A stretch of DNA of 64,000 bases, taken from Octopus sinensis (lineage: Eukaryota). Each line of letters starts with the position of its first letter. The stretch's first letter is position 1. The notes below the pieces were generated by a model. That model worked only from the letters and a program-made list of their open reading frames with translations, was not told the DNA's origin and searched no databases. The DNA is taken from the NCBI RefSeq assembly GCF_006345805.1, contig NC_043011.1, forward strand, positions 30,640,464-30,704,463. Reading direction: 5' to 3'. Positions 1-12,727 of the stretch are shown here, piece after piece. A program made the translations under genes and the position numbers.

Positions 1-559
1 TGAGGGTGTTGGTGATGTTGGTGGTGTTTATGATGTTGGCAGCGTTGGTGGTTGTCCGATGCTTACAGTATCCATGCTATTGATGATGTTCTTGGCATCG
101 TTATTTAGCTCCAAATCTAATTTGATCTCGAAGAGCTTTAATAAATTCCAGTCTTGATCACCATGTTTTTAAGGATATGTAGGACTAGTGCATATTTTTT
201 TTATCAATGTTATCCTTTTGTAAAACAATTGGGTGTGATTTTAGAGAGATTTGTTTGCTATCTCTAGCACGTAAAGGGTGCAGGCTAAGACCGTGTTTGT
301 GGTGCTAGTAGACTGGTGTTAGTATTAGCGATGACATCTTTAGCAATGTTTGTGTTGATGGTCATAACATTATTGCTGTTGCTATCAAAGCTGTTGTTAT
401 TGCTGTTGTTGCTACTGTTGTCGTTAGTGTTATGCTGATGGAGAAAGGTTTTATGGTAGTAATGTGTCGTGTATGTGATTGCTGGTGACATGTATGGCAA
501 ACTAAATTGAAAACACATCGGAGTACAGAGAACATCCGAATGAACACAAGAAATACATT

Positions 560-578
560 CACATATACATACACACCT

Positions 579-615
<37 letters not shown>

Positions 616-724
616 CAAACACGCATACATACATACACACATACATACATACATACATACATACATACATACATACATACATACATACATACATACATAC
701 ATACATACATACATACATACATAC
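560..724. repeat. Compound microsatellite (AC)n/(AT)n/(ACAT)n
   Basis: Direct reading; source of the MYVC/YIHT pseudo-ORFs. Confidence 0.97.
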
Positions 725-730
725 GCTAAA

Positions 731-1700
731 CTATTGAGAAATCTGCAGTTACTCTGTTCAGATTACAAGTTCAGGTTTATACCTGTAATTATTGGGTGCC
801 TGGGATATGTAACACACTGCCTAAATACCAATCTTGAAAAATTAGGTTTCTGAAAACCAGAAAGGAGAAAGCTGATTCAAAACTACAGATCTAATCTATC
901 TCTGGAAATATAAAAATCCGTAAAACTTTCCTGAAGGTTATCATTTAAGTATATATGAGCTTGTCTAAATATGCAAGTATATGCATGAGAATACATATAG
1001 AAAACAAAATATACACATCTGCACATATACATACATTCATAAAAAAATACTACGTTGTATTTTTGCATGAATGTATGTTGTAAGGCGGCGAGCTGGCAGA
1101 AACGTTAGAGTGCCGGGCGAAATGCTTAGCGGTATTTCGTCTGCCGCTACATTCTGAGTTCAAATTCCACCGAGGTCGACTTTGCCTTTCATCCTTTCGG
1201 GGTCGATTAAGTAAGTACCAGTTATGCACTGGGGGCTATGTAATCGACTTAATCCGTTTGTCTGTCCTTGTTTGTCCGCTCTGTGTTTAGCCCCTTGTGG
1301 GTAGTAAAGAAATAGGTATTTCGTCTGCCACTACATTCTGAGTTCAAATTCCACCGAGGTCGACTTTGCCTTTCATCCTTTCGGGGTCGATTAAATAAAG
1401 TACCTGTTATGCACTGGAGTCGATATAATCGACTTAATCCGTTTGTCTGTCCTTGTTTTTCCTCTCTGTGTGTAGCCCCTTGTTGGCAGTAAAGAAATAA
1501 AATAAAATAAAATACCCTGTTGTTGATGTTGAAATTCCAATGAAGGAACTTCAGATCTAGATTAGAAACCGGCTCTTTCTCTTATTGGTAAGAAATCTTG
1601 ATATAAAATTGAATAATGACATACATACATACATACATACTTACATACATACATGCATACATACATGCATACATACATACATACATACATATATGCATAC
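731..1700 (+). mobile_element. 3' fragment of REL-type non-LTR retrotransposon (copy 1), SINE-interrupted, ending in (ACAT)n
   Basis: 731-945 translates as LLRNLQLLCSDYKFRFIPVIIGCLGYVTHCLNTNLEKLGF*..., like the C-terminus after a restriction-like endonuclease. It is homologous to 2575-2790. Presumed 3' UTR at about 1512-1619 precedes (ACAT)n. Confidence 0.7.
1082..1497 (+). mobile_element. tRNA-derived SINE family A, head plus tandem duplicated body
   Basis: Head ggcggcgagctggcagaa, B-box gagttcaaattcc, core gcctttcatcctttcggggtcgat; body repeated from ggtatttcgtctg. Confidence 0.9.
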
Positions 1701-1739
1701 ATATTTCTATGGAAGACATCACTCATATGAATAGTAGCT

Positions 1740-2790
1740 AACCCAAAACGTCAAGTTACTATCCCCCTGAGCGACACGACGTGATTGCAAACAACAATAT
1801 ACAATGTCATTCAGAATAAATACTGTCCTGAAATAAATATAGAAAATCTCTTTGTTATTGAACACAAACATCAACACGAGGAACACTGATGACCCACTCT
1901 CGTCAAAACATGTCAAGTGATAGCATAACAGGCCGGGTGTTGTTGTTTGTCACAGACAAGGAAAGTATACACCGTCATAGAGATCAGCTATCCAGCAGAT
2001 GTGAATATCTCTCTTAAAATCAAAGAGAAAGAGGATAACAATATAAAACTACTGTAAATCCCCGAGTATAATCCGCATTTTTTGCCTAAAATTTAAAGGT
2101 CAAAATCCCCAGTGCGCACTATATACGAGGTTAAAAATGAAAAATATTTTCTAAGCAATGTCCGAGTCTCTATTTGCTGTCCGGCAGTGTTTATTCAGAC
2201 GCATTTTGTGATGTCGGGCGCAAAAATACCTTAAGGTAAGCATGAAAGCAATGAAGTCATAAAAGAATCATCCATAACTTGCAGTAAGCAACATTTATTA
2301 AACGTTATTACTGTTATTACTGTTATTTCTTTATTTTCTGCAAACAAAATGCACAAAAAAGCTACACGTTTTTATTGTGTTATATATACAATAATAATAA
2401 AGGACGTTACCGTATACATTTTTACAAACCAAGGACGTCATATAGACCTTCTTAACTCAAGTTAGAGAAGGGGTGTGTATTATACACAAGGTTTAGGTTT
2501 TTCAGAGGTACATCCCCCTAAAAAAAACCTGCGTATTATACTCAAGGGCGGACTATACTCAAGGATTTACGGTACTCTGAAGACTCAAGCTTCTATATCC
2601 AGATTATAAATTCATATTTATACCTGTAATAACTGGTGTACTTGGTTTTGTGAGTAAATTCCTTCGTGAAAATCTGGATAAGCTAGGGTTTTCCGAAAAA
2701 GTAATCAACTCACTAATTCGCACATTACAATTACAATCTGTGAGTGAAACAGCAGCAATATACATGACTTTTCTCAAATTTAAAATGCAA
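1740..2790 (+). mobile_element. 3' fragment of REL-type non-LTR retrotransposon (copy 2), split by a MITE
   Basis: Decayed RHDVIA ... HNRPGVVVCHRQGKYTVIEISYPADVNISLKIKEKEDN (PD-(D/E)xK-like), resuming after the MITE as LKLLYPDYKFIFIPVITGVLGFVSKFLRENLDKLGFSEKVINSLIRTLQLQSV. Confidence 0.75.
2052..2572. mobile_element. Tc1/mariner-superfamily (pogo/Tc2-like) MITE
   Basis: Imperfect terminal inverted repeats ctgtaaatccccgagtataatccgc / gcggactatactcaaggatttacgg; TA on both sides (2050-2051, 2573-2574); no ORF. Confidence 0.85.
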
Positions 2791-2808
2791 CATTGTTTTT
2801 GTTATCAA

Positions 2809-2911
2809 CGAGGGGTGTATGAAAAGGCTTGAGCCTCAAAACTACAAAACATGGTACAAGACTTCAAGGCTCAAAGGCCTTGAAGGCTCAACACTTTTCA
2901 TACACCCCTCG
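2809..2911. mobile_element. 103-bp mariner-type mini-MITE
   Basis: Perfect 18-bp TIR cgaggggtgtatgaaaag / cttttcatacacccctcg; flanking TA not preserved. Confidence 0.7.
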
Positions 2912-3789
2912 TCCATTCCGACGGCAGGGCTTTGTATCTTTCCTTGTTACTACAGATGCTGCTGCTAATGATGATAATGAGGATGATTATGATGATGTAC
3001 ACTGAAGAAAATTAACTGGATGTTGATGTGTTGCATAAGAAGGTTTCAGGATATGAGCAAGAACGGAAACGCACAATCTTCTCGCATTCCACGTATGATA
3101 CACAATATTCGAACGAAAGATACATCCTTCGCGCAAACCCAATTTGTAAACAACATATACATACATATACACACAACCACCACAGACTACTCAGTATGTA
3201 AACAACATATTATCCTCCCAAACAATAAACAACTTATAGAACCCCCCAGACAGTACACCTACTACAAACACAATATCCAACATCTAAATAACACCTTATC
3301 ACCCAAACAATACACAATATTGTATTGCATGTACAATATGTCTTCTTTCTGTATACAATAAGCAAAGGAGATACAATTTCCGCAAACAGTACACAATAGT
3401 TATAGACCAAACATTATTCACATAACTAAATGATATAGCAATTATGCGGCTTTCAAATATTTTCTAGTCTGTGCTTTTATTAGAACACATTTAGGTACAG
3501 TGGATTTGTATTTGTCTTTATGTCCTATACCCATCTCGTGTTCCCGGATTCAACCATTAAGTAAAGTATTACTTAAGGAGTTCAGGTTTGTAGGCGATAT
3601 TATTGACTGTCCCCAAACAAATTATGTGGTTTTGTGTCAGAAATTATTATTAGACTGAAACGTTCATAAGCTTACCATGAAGGTGTGATGCTAGAGCTGT
3701 GAAATCTAGCATGCATTAATTTCAATCCTTCTTATTAGTAATTGCATTGTTTCTTTCATTGTAGACTGACATCGGACTGTTCAAAGAAG

Positions 3790-5100
3790 ACTTTAAAGTA
3801 ACTGGTAGCAACAGCAGATATGACGTCATCACCACTGCAACACTGGTTTCCAGCCAAGTGTTTCTTCGTGTTGGGAACAGATGGTAGTCAGTTTCTTCGT
3901 GTTGGGAACAGATGGTAGTCAGATAGGGTCAAATCAGAAGGATAGGGAAGGTGCTCAACCAGCTCAAAGCTAAAGCCACGCACAATAGCCATTGAAGCCA
4001 TGGATTTCGGTGTTGGAGCTTTGTCCTGATGAAATAAGACACCTTTCGTCAGTTTTCCTGGGCGTTCTGCCTTGATAGCCTTTCGTAACTATCTCAATAA
4101 GATGGCATAGTACACTCCATTGATGGCCTGGCCCTTTTGAAGATAGACAATAAACACTGCCTTTCGCATTTCAAAAGACTGGAAGACATCCCTTTCCCCA
4201 GAGATGAAACAAACTTGGCCTTGTTTAATGTCTTTTTGTCTCTGGCTTGATCGATGAGCCCAACACTCATCATGGCTTAGGAAACGCTCAAGGAGACCAG
4301 CTGAATATGCCCCAAACAATATTAGATTTTCCCGTGGTGGTATCAGTCTAGTGCTGTGAGCTGGCAGAAACGTTAGCACGCCGGGCGAAATGCTTAGCGG
4401 TATTTCGTCTGCGTTACGTTGTGAGTTCAAATTCCGCCGAGGTCGACTTTGCCTTTCATCCTTTCGGGGTCGATAAATTAAATACCAGTTACGCACTGGG
4501 GTCGATGTAATCGACTTAATACCTATGTCTGTCCTTGTTTGTCCCCTCTGTGTTTAGCCCCTTGTGGGTAATAAAGAAATAGGTATCAGTCTAGTGCACT
4601 TTTTACCAGTTGCCAAAAAACGTGACACCCACTGAACAGAAACTTTCGTCGTTCCAATCCATTTTGCAAAATATTCCCAAATCTCTCACGAGATTTGCTA
4701 ATAGCATTGACTATTTGATTTATAGTCAATCGCCTGTCATCCATTTTCATGTGGTGAACACGATCAATGTTTTCCTCAGTGGTGGCAGTTACAGGACGAC
4801 CAGACGACGAGTCATTTTCAAGACTCTCCCTTCCATCCCTAAATCCAGCTGCCCACTTTTGCAATGTTGATAAAGCTGGAGCGTCGTCCCCTGATGTACA
4901 ACCATGTCATCATGTATGTCCTTTTGCTGCTGTACTTGATGACACGACGATGCCAAATTTTGTCCATTTTCAAAAGAAGTTGCTACCAAAATACTCTGAA
5001 ACCTTTTTTTAACAATGCAATTAGGAAGGAACAATGCAATTCAAAACAAGGGCTTGTGTGCTGGAGTTTTGTTCTAATGAAATAAGAGGGGTTGAAATAA
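3790..5100 (-). mobile_element. Decayed mariner transposase pseudogene, internally deleted, split by a SINE
   Basis: N-terminal QKWAAGFRDGRESLENDSSSGRPVTATTEENIDRVHH..DDRRLTINQI (4864-4600); catalytic part LFHQDKAP..FELVEHLPYPSDL..SDYHLFP (4080-3890). Confidence 0.88.
4355..4581 (+). mobile_element. SINE family A with 16-bp target-site duplication
   Basis: ggtatcagtctagtgc at 4339-4354 and 4582-4597. Confidence 0.92.
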
Positions 5101-5259
5101 ATGCATGCAAAATATCACACATCTAAGCGTCAATCCTTCATAGTCGGCCTATGAACCTTTCAACCTACCCTCGTGTCGCCATACTACACTTTGATTAATA
5201 TATTCAAGATATAAACATCCATTTACCTATCTATTTATGACTGAAAATATGTGTGTGTA

Positions 5260-5336
<77 letters not shown>

Positions 5337-5420
5337 AGTTGTATATACACATACGTATATGCACGTGCATATATGAATTGTGGGTGGACCAAAAACTACC
5401 AAACATTTGACATTGTATTT

Positions 5421-5640
5421 GGCGAGCTGGTAGAATCGTTAGCACGCCAGGCGAAATGTTTAGCGGCATTTCGTCGGCCTTGACACTCGCAGTTCAAATC
5501 CCGCCGAGGTCAACTTTGCCTTTTAATCTTTCGGGGTCGATAAAATAGGTACCAGTGAAACACTGGGGTCGATGTAGTTGACTATTTCTCTCCCGCAAAA
5601 TATTTCAGGCTGTGTACCTATAGTAGAAAAGATTATTATT
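5421..5640 (+). mobile_element. SINE family A
   Basis: Same head and core as 1082 and 4355. Confidence 0.85.
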
Positions 5641-5683
5641 ATTATTATTATTCATTTTATCCCTGTACAAGTATGCATGTATT

Positions 5684-6126
5684 CGTGAAGTATATTTGCC
5701 ACTTAAATGTGGTTAACGCCCCTAAGGGTGGATGCTACTGTAGCTTGTAGCCCCAGGAGGACACCTTCTCCAGCTGGCTATTGACACACTTTCTGTGCCC
5801 TATCAGTATTTGAAAACGGAAGCCATCCTTCTCGTCTTCAACCTATGATACACACGGACTCGAGTTTCTGATTATTGACCCGTCATCAGCGTGTGACAAT
5901 CAGTTGTTGTCGATGAAATGTAGGCTTCCTTTTGCAAATATATATCCTTTATCCAGCGACGAAAAGTCACTGATATCGAAAAAGTGTAAACAAGCAATAA
6001 TAAATCTCTGAGCGAGGTATAAACAGTAACTGCACGGCATCGTGAAGTATATTTTCCACTTAAATGGCAAATATATTTCACGATGTCGTGCAGTTACTGT
6101 TTATACCTCGCTCAGAGATTTATTAT
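5684..6126. repeat. Unclassified repeat ending in a 130-bp fold-back palindrome
   Basis: 5997-6126 is a near-perfect inverted repeat; tcgtgaagtatattt(g/t)ccacttaaatg recurs at 5684 and 6043; related sequence at about 21590-21813. Confidence 0.75.
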
Positions 6127-6134
6127 GCCTGTAT

Positions 6135-6261
6135 TCTTTTATTCTTTTATTTGTTTCAGTCATCTGACTGTGGCCATGCTGGAGCACCGTCTTTAGTCGA
6201 TGTATATATATATAAGTATGTATACACAAAAACACAGACACACACACACACACACACACAT

Positions 6262-6300
<39 letters not shown>

Positions 6301-6450
6301 CATACGAGGGTCTAATCTCCGTCTACCAAATCTACTCACAAGTCTTTAGTCGGCCCGAGGCTATAGTAGAAGACATTTGCCCAAGGTGCCACGCATTGGG
6401 ACTGAACTCGGAACCATGTTGTTGATAAGCAATCTACTTACCATACAATT
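6135..6450 (-). mobile_element. SINE family B (CORE-like gcaccttgggcaagtg, internal microsatellite)
   Basis: Reverse complement of the family seen at 26690 and 61770. Confidence 0.85.
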
Positions 6451-6575
6451 ACTCCTCATCATTATTTTATTTTATTTTATTCAATTTTAGAAATATATGT
6501 AGATATATTGAGTTCTTATCACGGTGTGTGACTTTTGGCCCATCTTGTACATACATACACACACATACATTTATA

Positions 6576-6682
<107 letters not shown>

Positions 6683-6919
6683 ATGAAAGTATAGATACTT
6701 AGATTACTAAGAATACAGACTTCCGCACGCATTTTAATGTTTATATAGTAGAGGTTGACGTATGCTTGGGAAATGACAACTCGCATAACTAAGATGGCTT
6801 TCACTGTAGTCATACGAAAACTGGGCAGTTCGTCTAGACCAGGAATTGGCAACCATTTGTATCTATGGATCCCTTTGGTTACTATTTTGTGCGTGAAGCC
6901 CCAAAAATCTTATTAAGTA

Positions 6920-7670
6920 TAAATTAAGTCGATAAATTAAGGACCTGTTGCGTATTGGAGTCGCTGTAATCGAATGGCTCCCTCCATAAAAATGTCGGGT
7001 CTTGTGCCTAGAGAAGAAAAGAGTAGTTTATTTCATATTAAGGCGGTGAGCTGGTAGGACCGTTAGCACGCCGGACAAAATACTTAGCGGCATTTCGTTC
7101 GTTTTCACATTCCGAGTTCAAATTCCGCTGAAGTCGACTCTGCCTTTTATTTTTTCGGAGTCGATAAAACAAGTACCAGTTGCACACTGGTACTTTCACT
7201 CCTTTCCGGAGTTGCTGGCGTTGTACCTACAGCTGAAACGATTTTATGTAAGACGGTGAGCTAGCAGAATTGTTAACATACCGGGCGAAACGTTTAGCGG
7301 TATTTCACCGAGGTCGACTTTGCCTTTCACCTTTTCGGGAACAATAAAACGAGTACCAATCGAGCATTGGGATCGATGTAACCGACTTGTCCCCTCCCTG
7401 AATTTGCTGGCCTTGTGCCGAAATTTGAAACCAATATTTCGTTATGTCCATTAAGGCGGCGAACTGGCAAAAGTGTTACTGCGCCGGACAAAATTAATAG
7501 CGGTGTTTCGTCTGTCTTTACATTCTGAGTATAAATTCTACCGCGGTCGACTTTGTCTTCCATCCTTTCTCTGTTAATAAAATAAGTACCAGTTGAACAC
7601 TAGGGTCGAACTAATCGACTAGCCCCCACCCCCAAATTGCCTTCCTTGTGCCAAAAGAATTAGAAAGCAA
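6920..7670 (+). mobile_element. Cluster of about four diverged head-to-tail family A SINEs
   Basis: Heads at about 7041, 7252 and 7454, plus a headless tail at about 6925. Confidence 0.8.
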
Positions 7671-8139
7671 CATTATGCACCACTAATTTCTAAAGTAGAC
7701 ATCATACAATGTTGTGGAGAAGGAAGGGAAAATGCAATTTCTCGGCTGATCGTTTGTTGTTGTTTTTTCACTTGATCTCTTTAAACTTGTAATTATTAAG
7801 AAAATGCATAGCAAAAATAAAAACAAATAATCGTTGCTTAAGCAGAAAGTAACAAGGGCAGTAGGACATTAGCAGCAAAAATAATAAGAATGACAGTAAG
7901 AATAAAGGATAGAAGTAATTGTAAAATCAATACCAACTGTAATAACCAGAATAATAATTGCCAGTAGTGATGAGGAGAGGAGGTAAGTTTACAATATATC
8001 GATCCTACTACGTGATTATTAGTTTATCTGATTGAGCCCAGGTGGATGAAAGTCATGTTGACCTCGATGAGATATAAACATCCGGAAGAAATATCGCAAG
8101 GCATTTTGTCCGACACTCCAACACTTCTGCCAGTCCACT

Positions 8140-8330
8140 GCCATCAGTTTGATATCTAATACTACAACGGTGACGTCGTCCGCGTTTATTGACATAGACC
8201 TTCCGCATCCTAGTTTGCGCGGGATGCCCTTCGACGTCACCTGCTTCCACAGTAGTGGCTCAACAGTCAGAACATACAAGAAGACATGAAAGGGGACAAC
8301 CTTGGTATGTCTTCTGGACTATACATTCCT
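8140..8330 (-). pseudogene. L1/Tx1-like reverse transcriptase core fragment
   Basis: YQGCPLSCLL / frameshift / YVLTVEPLL...SINADDVTVVV, matching the QGCPLS and YADD motifs. Confidence 0.7.
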
Positions 8331-9259
8331 CTTGAGGTTTTTATTTCATTTCCTAAATGTATCTTTTGTCTTTGGTTTCGTAACACAGGACAGTATGATG
8401 ACATTTCGAAAGGAAGCACGTTTGCTTCCCTGGCGGTGCTAACTGTGAGATAGCGGGGGTTATTCTTCGGTGTAAGGTTGAAGTTCTTAATAGTCATCCA
8501 TTATATGTATTTAAAATTTAATTCTTTCGTGCTTCTTCGACATCCGTTGTAGGTGATGACAGACTTTTCCTTTTATTATTGATAAAGAATTTAGTTTTAA
8601 TGCAAACATTATGCGATATATCTAAAAGCGTTATACAGTGCATCCTTTTTCCACTTACACAATCGAATGTGATTTGAGGTTGCTATTTCAAGCGGGTCTA
8701 GAATTCATCTGAAAACATTCTAATTGGCTCGGCTCCCTCGTTATTGCTTAACTTATTGTAGATATCTATGTATTCTCTCAGTTTTCGTTTTGATTCTTCG
8801 TTTTATTTCTTGTGTTAGATCTCAAACTGGTTGCCGTAAATTATATTTCCATTGTAACTCTTAATATATCTTGCTTTTAGTAAACTTCCTTTTCAACTCA
8901 AGAAAACTGAAACAAACGTCTCTCAAAGTTGTACACCTACTCTTCCACCTCCCCCTCATACACATTCATTTTATTTTCCCCATCATTTCTTTTCAACTTG
9001 TAGTATTCAAATGTGACAAGTTCACTTAAACAATATATCAAATTATTGTTATCAGCGATGCTATTTATTTATATCTTTTTTTTCCTTCGGGATATTATTA
9101 ATGTCAAAGATAATCTTCACTTCTCAGTTAACCTTAATATTGAGCAATATTTTCTTGTAAGACTCTTTTTTTATTTTCACCAAATTTCTGATCCAATTAT
9201 ATTCTTGCTCTAACGTCCGTAAATCTTTCTAAAAAATACAATCTATATTCATTTTTTTG

Positions 9260-9765
9260 CGCCCTTTTCAAACCTAGCCAGGCTCATGAGCCCAGTTTCC
9301 CGGTTTCTGTGTTCCCCCAGCTGGACGGGGCACCAGTCCATCGCAGCGTTACTCAAGAAACAGGAAGAAAAAGTGAGAGAAAATTGGGGCGAAAGAGTAC
9401 AACAGGGGTCGCCACCACCCCCTGCCGGAGCCTCGTGGAGCTTTAGGTGTTTTCGCTCAAAAACACAGACAACGTCCGGTCTGGGAATCGAAACCGCGAT
9501 TCTCCGACCACGAGTCCGCTGCCCTATCCACTGGGCCATTGCGCCTCCATGCGCCCGGTTTCCCAGTTTCAATGGTGTATGTGTTACCCAGCTGGACGGG
9601 ACGCCAGTCCATCGCAGCGTTACTCATTTTTGCCAGCTGAGTGGGCTGGAGCAACGTGAAATGAAGTGCTTTGCTCAAGAACACAACACGTCACCCGGTC
9701 CCGGAATCGAAACCACAATCTTACGATCATGATGCTGACACCCTAACCACTAAGCCACGCGCCTC
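9260..9765 (-). mobile_element. Adjacent SINEs of family C (9560-9765) and family D (9260-9550)
   Basis: tRNA-like heads gaggcgcgtggcttagtggttag and ggaggcgcaatggcccagtgg; both carry gctgcgatggactgg..cccgtccagctgg. Confidence 0.85.
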
Positions 9766-10699
9766 CTCATATTCATCATCAGCGACTTCTTTATTCACCT
9801 CCTTTGTCACTATTGCAATATCATAGCAGATTCTCTTTTCTAAAGATCTTATAATTTCTATATTTGTAGGGAGTCTACAGCTCATAACAGAATTAAAATT
9901 TCAAATCCTCCCGAGGCCAACATTGCTTTTCATTGTTTCGGGGATCAATAAAATAAATTGTTAGTCAAGTACGGGATCGATAAAATAAAATGCAAGTCAA
10001 TTACTGGGGATTTCCCCTCCCTTCAAAATTTCCGGTCTTCTGCTAAAATTATAAATGATAATAGTTATTATTTCTAAAATCTTGTTTGACAACAATTAAT
10101 AAACGAAGTGCAGCAACAATTAAAATAAATACGTCATTTTAAGAAAAGACGCCCTCTACTGTTACATCATGGAAATAAATATGTTTATATCTTGGGTGTA
10201 ATATTTCTTTTACAATTCTTTTGTAAAGAAAACATTTCTGAAATACATGTTTGTCTTTGTGTGTAGGTTTAATTCTTTGTAATGCGTCACTCCTTTCGAA
10301 ACTTTGATAGTGTTTTATGTTGTTCGTGTTAAAGATACTGATATTCTCCCCAACATCGCTTTTGTTTGCTTATGAAAAAGTGCAATTCGAGTTAGGAAAA
10401 TATTTTTTAAAATAGGAAAAGTAAATGAAAATTGTTACATCACAAACAACTGTATTGTCAAAGGCTCGTAACCCGTGCTCAGCGCATATACAGTCACTAT
10501 ATTAAATTTACTGGTTCAGTCCAGCTTGGGTATAAATACGTACCTGAGTGTGTATACAGATTTTGACAAGACTTAATACATGAACCGAGCGCATGATCAA
10601 CGTGGTGGCCTTTATAAAATAAAATACAATGTAAGGTTACATTAAAACGAGTAAACAGCAAAATAACAAAAGCAAAGGAACAAAACACAAGAAATAATA

Positions 10700-11960
10700 C
10701 CCCATAGAGAGTAAGCTTCCGAGGGTCGCTCGTAGAAACCTCTCAAAACCACTTGCTCTGATCACTAGGGCAAGTACCCTCCACCTCTCACTATCTTCCT
10801 TTCTCAATTTACAGGCGCTTGCTCAGAGCGGGCCCGTTCATTCGGACCATCATTGTCATACTCATCCATCTTTCAGCAAATTTGCTGAAAGGCAGCACTC
10901 CCTTCTCCACCCTCATTTTCGTTCTCCAATCAAAATTTTAATAAGTTGATGAGAGCTGGGCCAAACAGGTATCTTTTTTCAGTACTTTTAGTCTGATTCA
11001 CCACACAATCTCTTCTGCTGACACAACCGAAACAACAGTTTCGTCACTGTGTGCATCTCGACGAGGCCCGGCTGACGGCAGTTCTCCACCCAAAGAGCCA
11101 ATCTTAAAGGAGCAATGCATTCCCGGTAGCACTGCCAGGCCAGAGTTTTCTAGAAATTATTCATGGGCCCTGGTTCGTTCGTCCTTGGCAAAAGACAAGT
11201 CAATTGATTCTCGCCGATGCCCAGAGTCTACCCAATAATATTGTCCCACTTGCCCGCTACTCTATAAAATGCCAACGTGGGACAGCCACTAACTGGTAGA
11301 GTGCTGATAGTGCCTGACGATAGTTTAAGTGTCGGGCGCCTTTTTTCTGTCTAGGCTTGATCCAGGACTGCAGCTTAGTCAAAGGGACGAGCCGTGGAAA
11401 AGTGAATCTGAAAAACGACGATTACACATTCCGACTTTAAAGGAAATACGGAATGTCTCGCAGCTTCAACGCACGTCTGCGCATCATCATCCACAGCAAT
11501 CTCAGTCCTTCACTGAGTGTGCGTTGACAACAAATGGACCAGTGGAATGCGTTCCTTCCAAAGGAAGCAAAAGAACAGGTGCTCCAGTTCCGTTAGATAT
11601 GAACAGGCGCTAGACACGTCGGTCGGGCGATAATATATGACGGAGCGTTCGACACCTCTCCCAGACTTTTCAGATATAGCTTTCTCTCGGTCAGTTCTGA
11701 TTGAAATTATTCACCCTGCTCGTCACTTCATCTCAGTTCTTGCTCTGGAGATCTAGACCTAATCAGATACACAGAAATGTAACCAGTTCATTCATGCAGC
11801 GTCTCACAACACTTTTGGAGGCATAGATATGCCTATCGAGGTGCCTAGCTGTAAGTCTACCGACATTTGATGCTTTTTCCCTTGATTGTTGGCCCATTTT
11901 ATGTATGACAAAGTTTGACACTGCTTGCCCATCTATGCTTTATAGCAGTCCGTTCATCTG
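10700..11960 (-). mobile_element. Decayed L1/Tx1-like LINE, 3' part of ORF2
   Basis: Fragmentary peptides DLQSKN*DEVTSRV, LTELEHLFFCFLWK, GLRLLWMMMRRRALKLR, KLQSWIK, NNF*KTLAWQCYR, TAVSRASSRCTQ (zinc-finger-like); many stops and frameshifts. Confidence 0.65.
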
Positions 11961-12445
11961 GTATCGTGGATATAAGGATGTCCGGTTCCTTTTTGGCGAC
12001 ATACACGTCCACATTATGTAGGTTTCTTTTTGGGTGGGAGGCGTTGAAGAATTGTTAGCCTTTAAAACCTAAGTTATTACTGTACGTGATCCTGACTTTA
12101 GATGGGGTGGACGGTACCATTGGTACAATGCAGTGACGTTCAGTTCGGGTACTCGAAGCCGAAAATACATTCTAGTCCTTCCAGAATTTTCATAAGTAGG
12201 TTATCACATACCTGTCGCGTCTTCGCTTCTGGAAGTAAAATCGTAGTTTTTTCAGCTTCTTTTTAGTGTACCGCTGTAAGCACTGCTGTACGTTTGGCGC
12301 TATGTAGTGACAACAGGTAAGAGCAGTAGTCCAGGCGGCTGAGAAATTGGCCCTCCACAAGGTCGACTTAACTTCTTGGTATCTTGTTTTGAAAATCCTT
12401 TGTATTCATCCTCCCAGCTGTCTACATTTTGTTGCCATCTTGGTA

Positions 12446-12603
12446 ATGTACACATATAATGATGTATCATTGCACACACTGATTCCCAAGTCTCTCATAC
12501 ACACACACGCACACATGCACACATACACGCATGTATGTGTATGTATATATACATGCATACGTATACACACACACATATATATATATACATACATACGTAT
12601 ATA

Positions 12604-12650
<47 letters not shown>

Positions 12651-12651
12651 G

Positions 12652-12727
<76 letters not shown>

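Noticed and set aside
285-737. ORFs with MYVC/YIHT repeats, and all similar YI/HT/CV/LS-rich ORFs in the window
   Set aside because: Translations of microsatellites; no coding signal.
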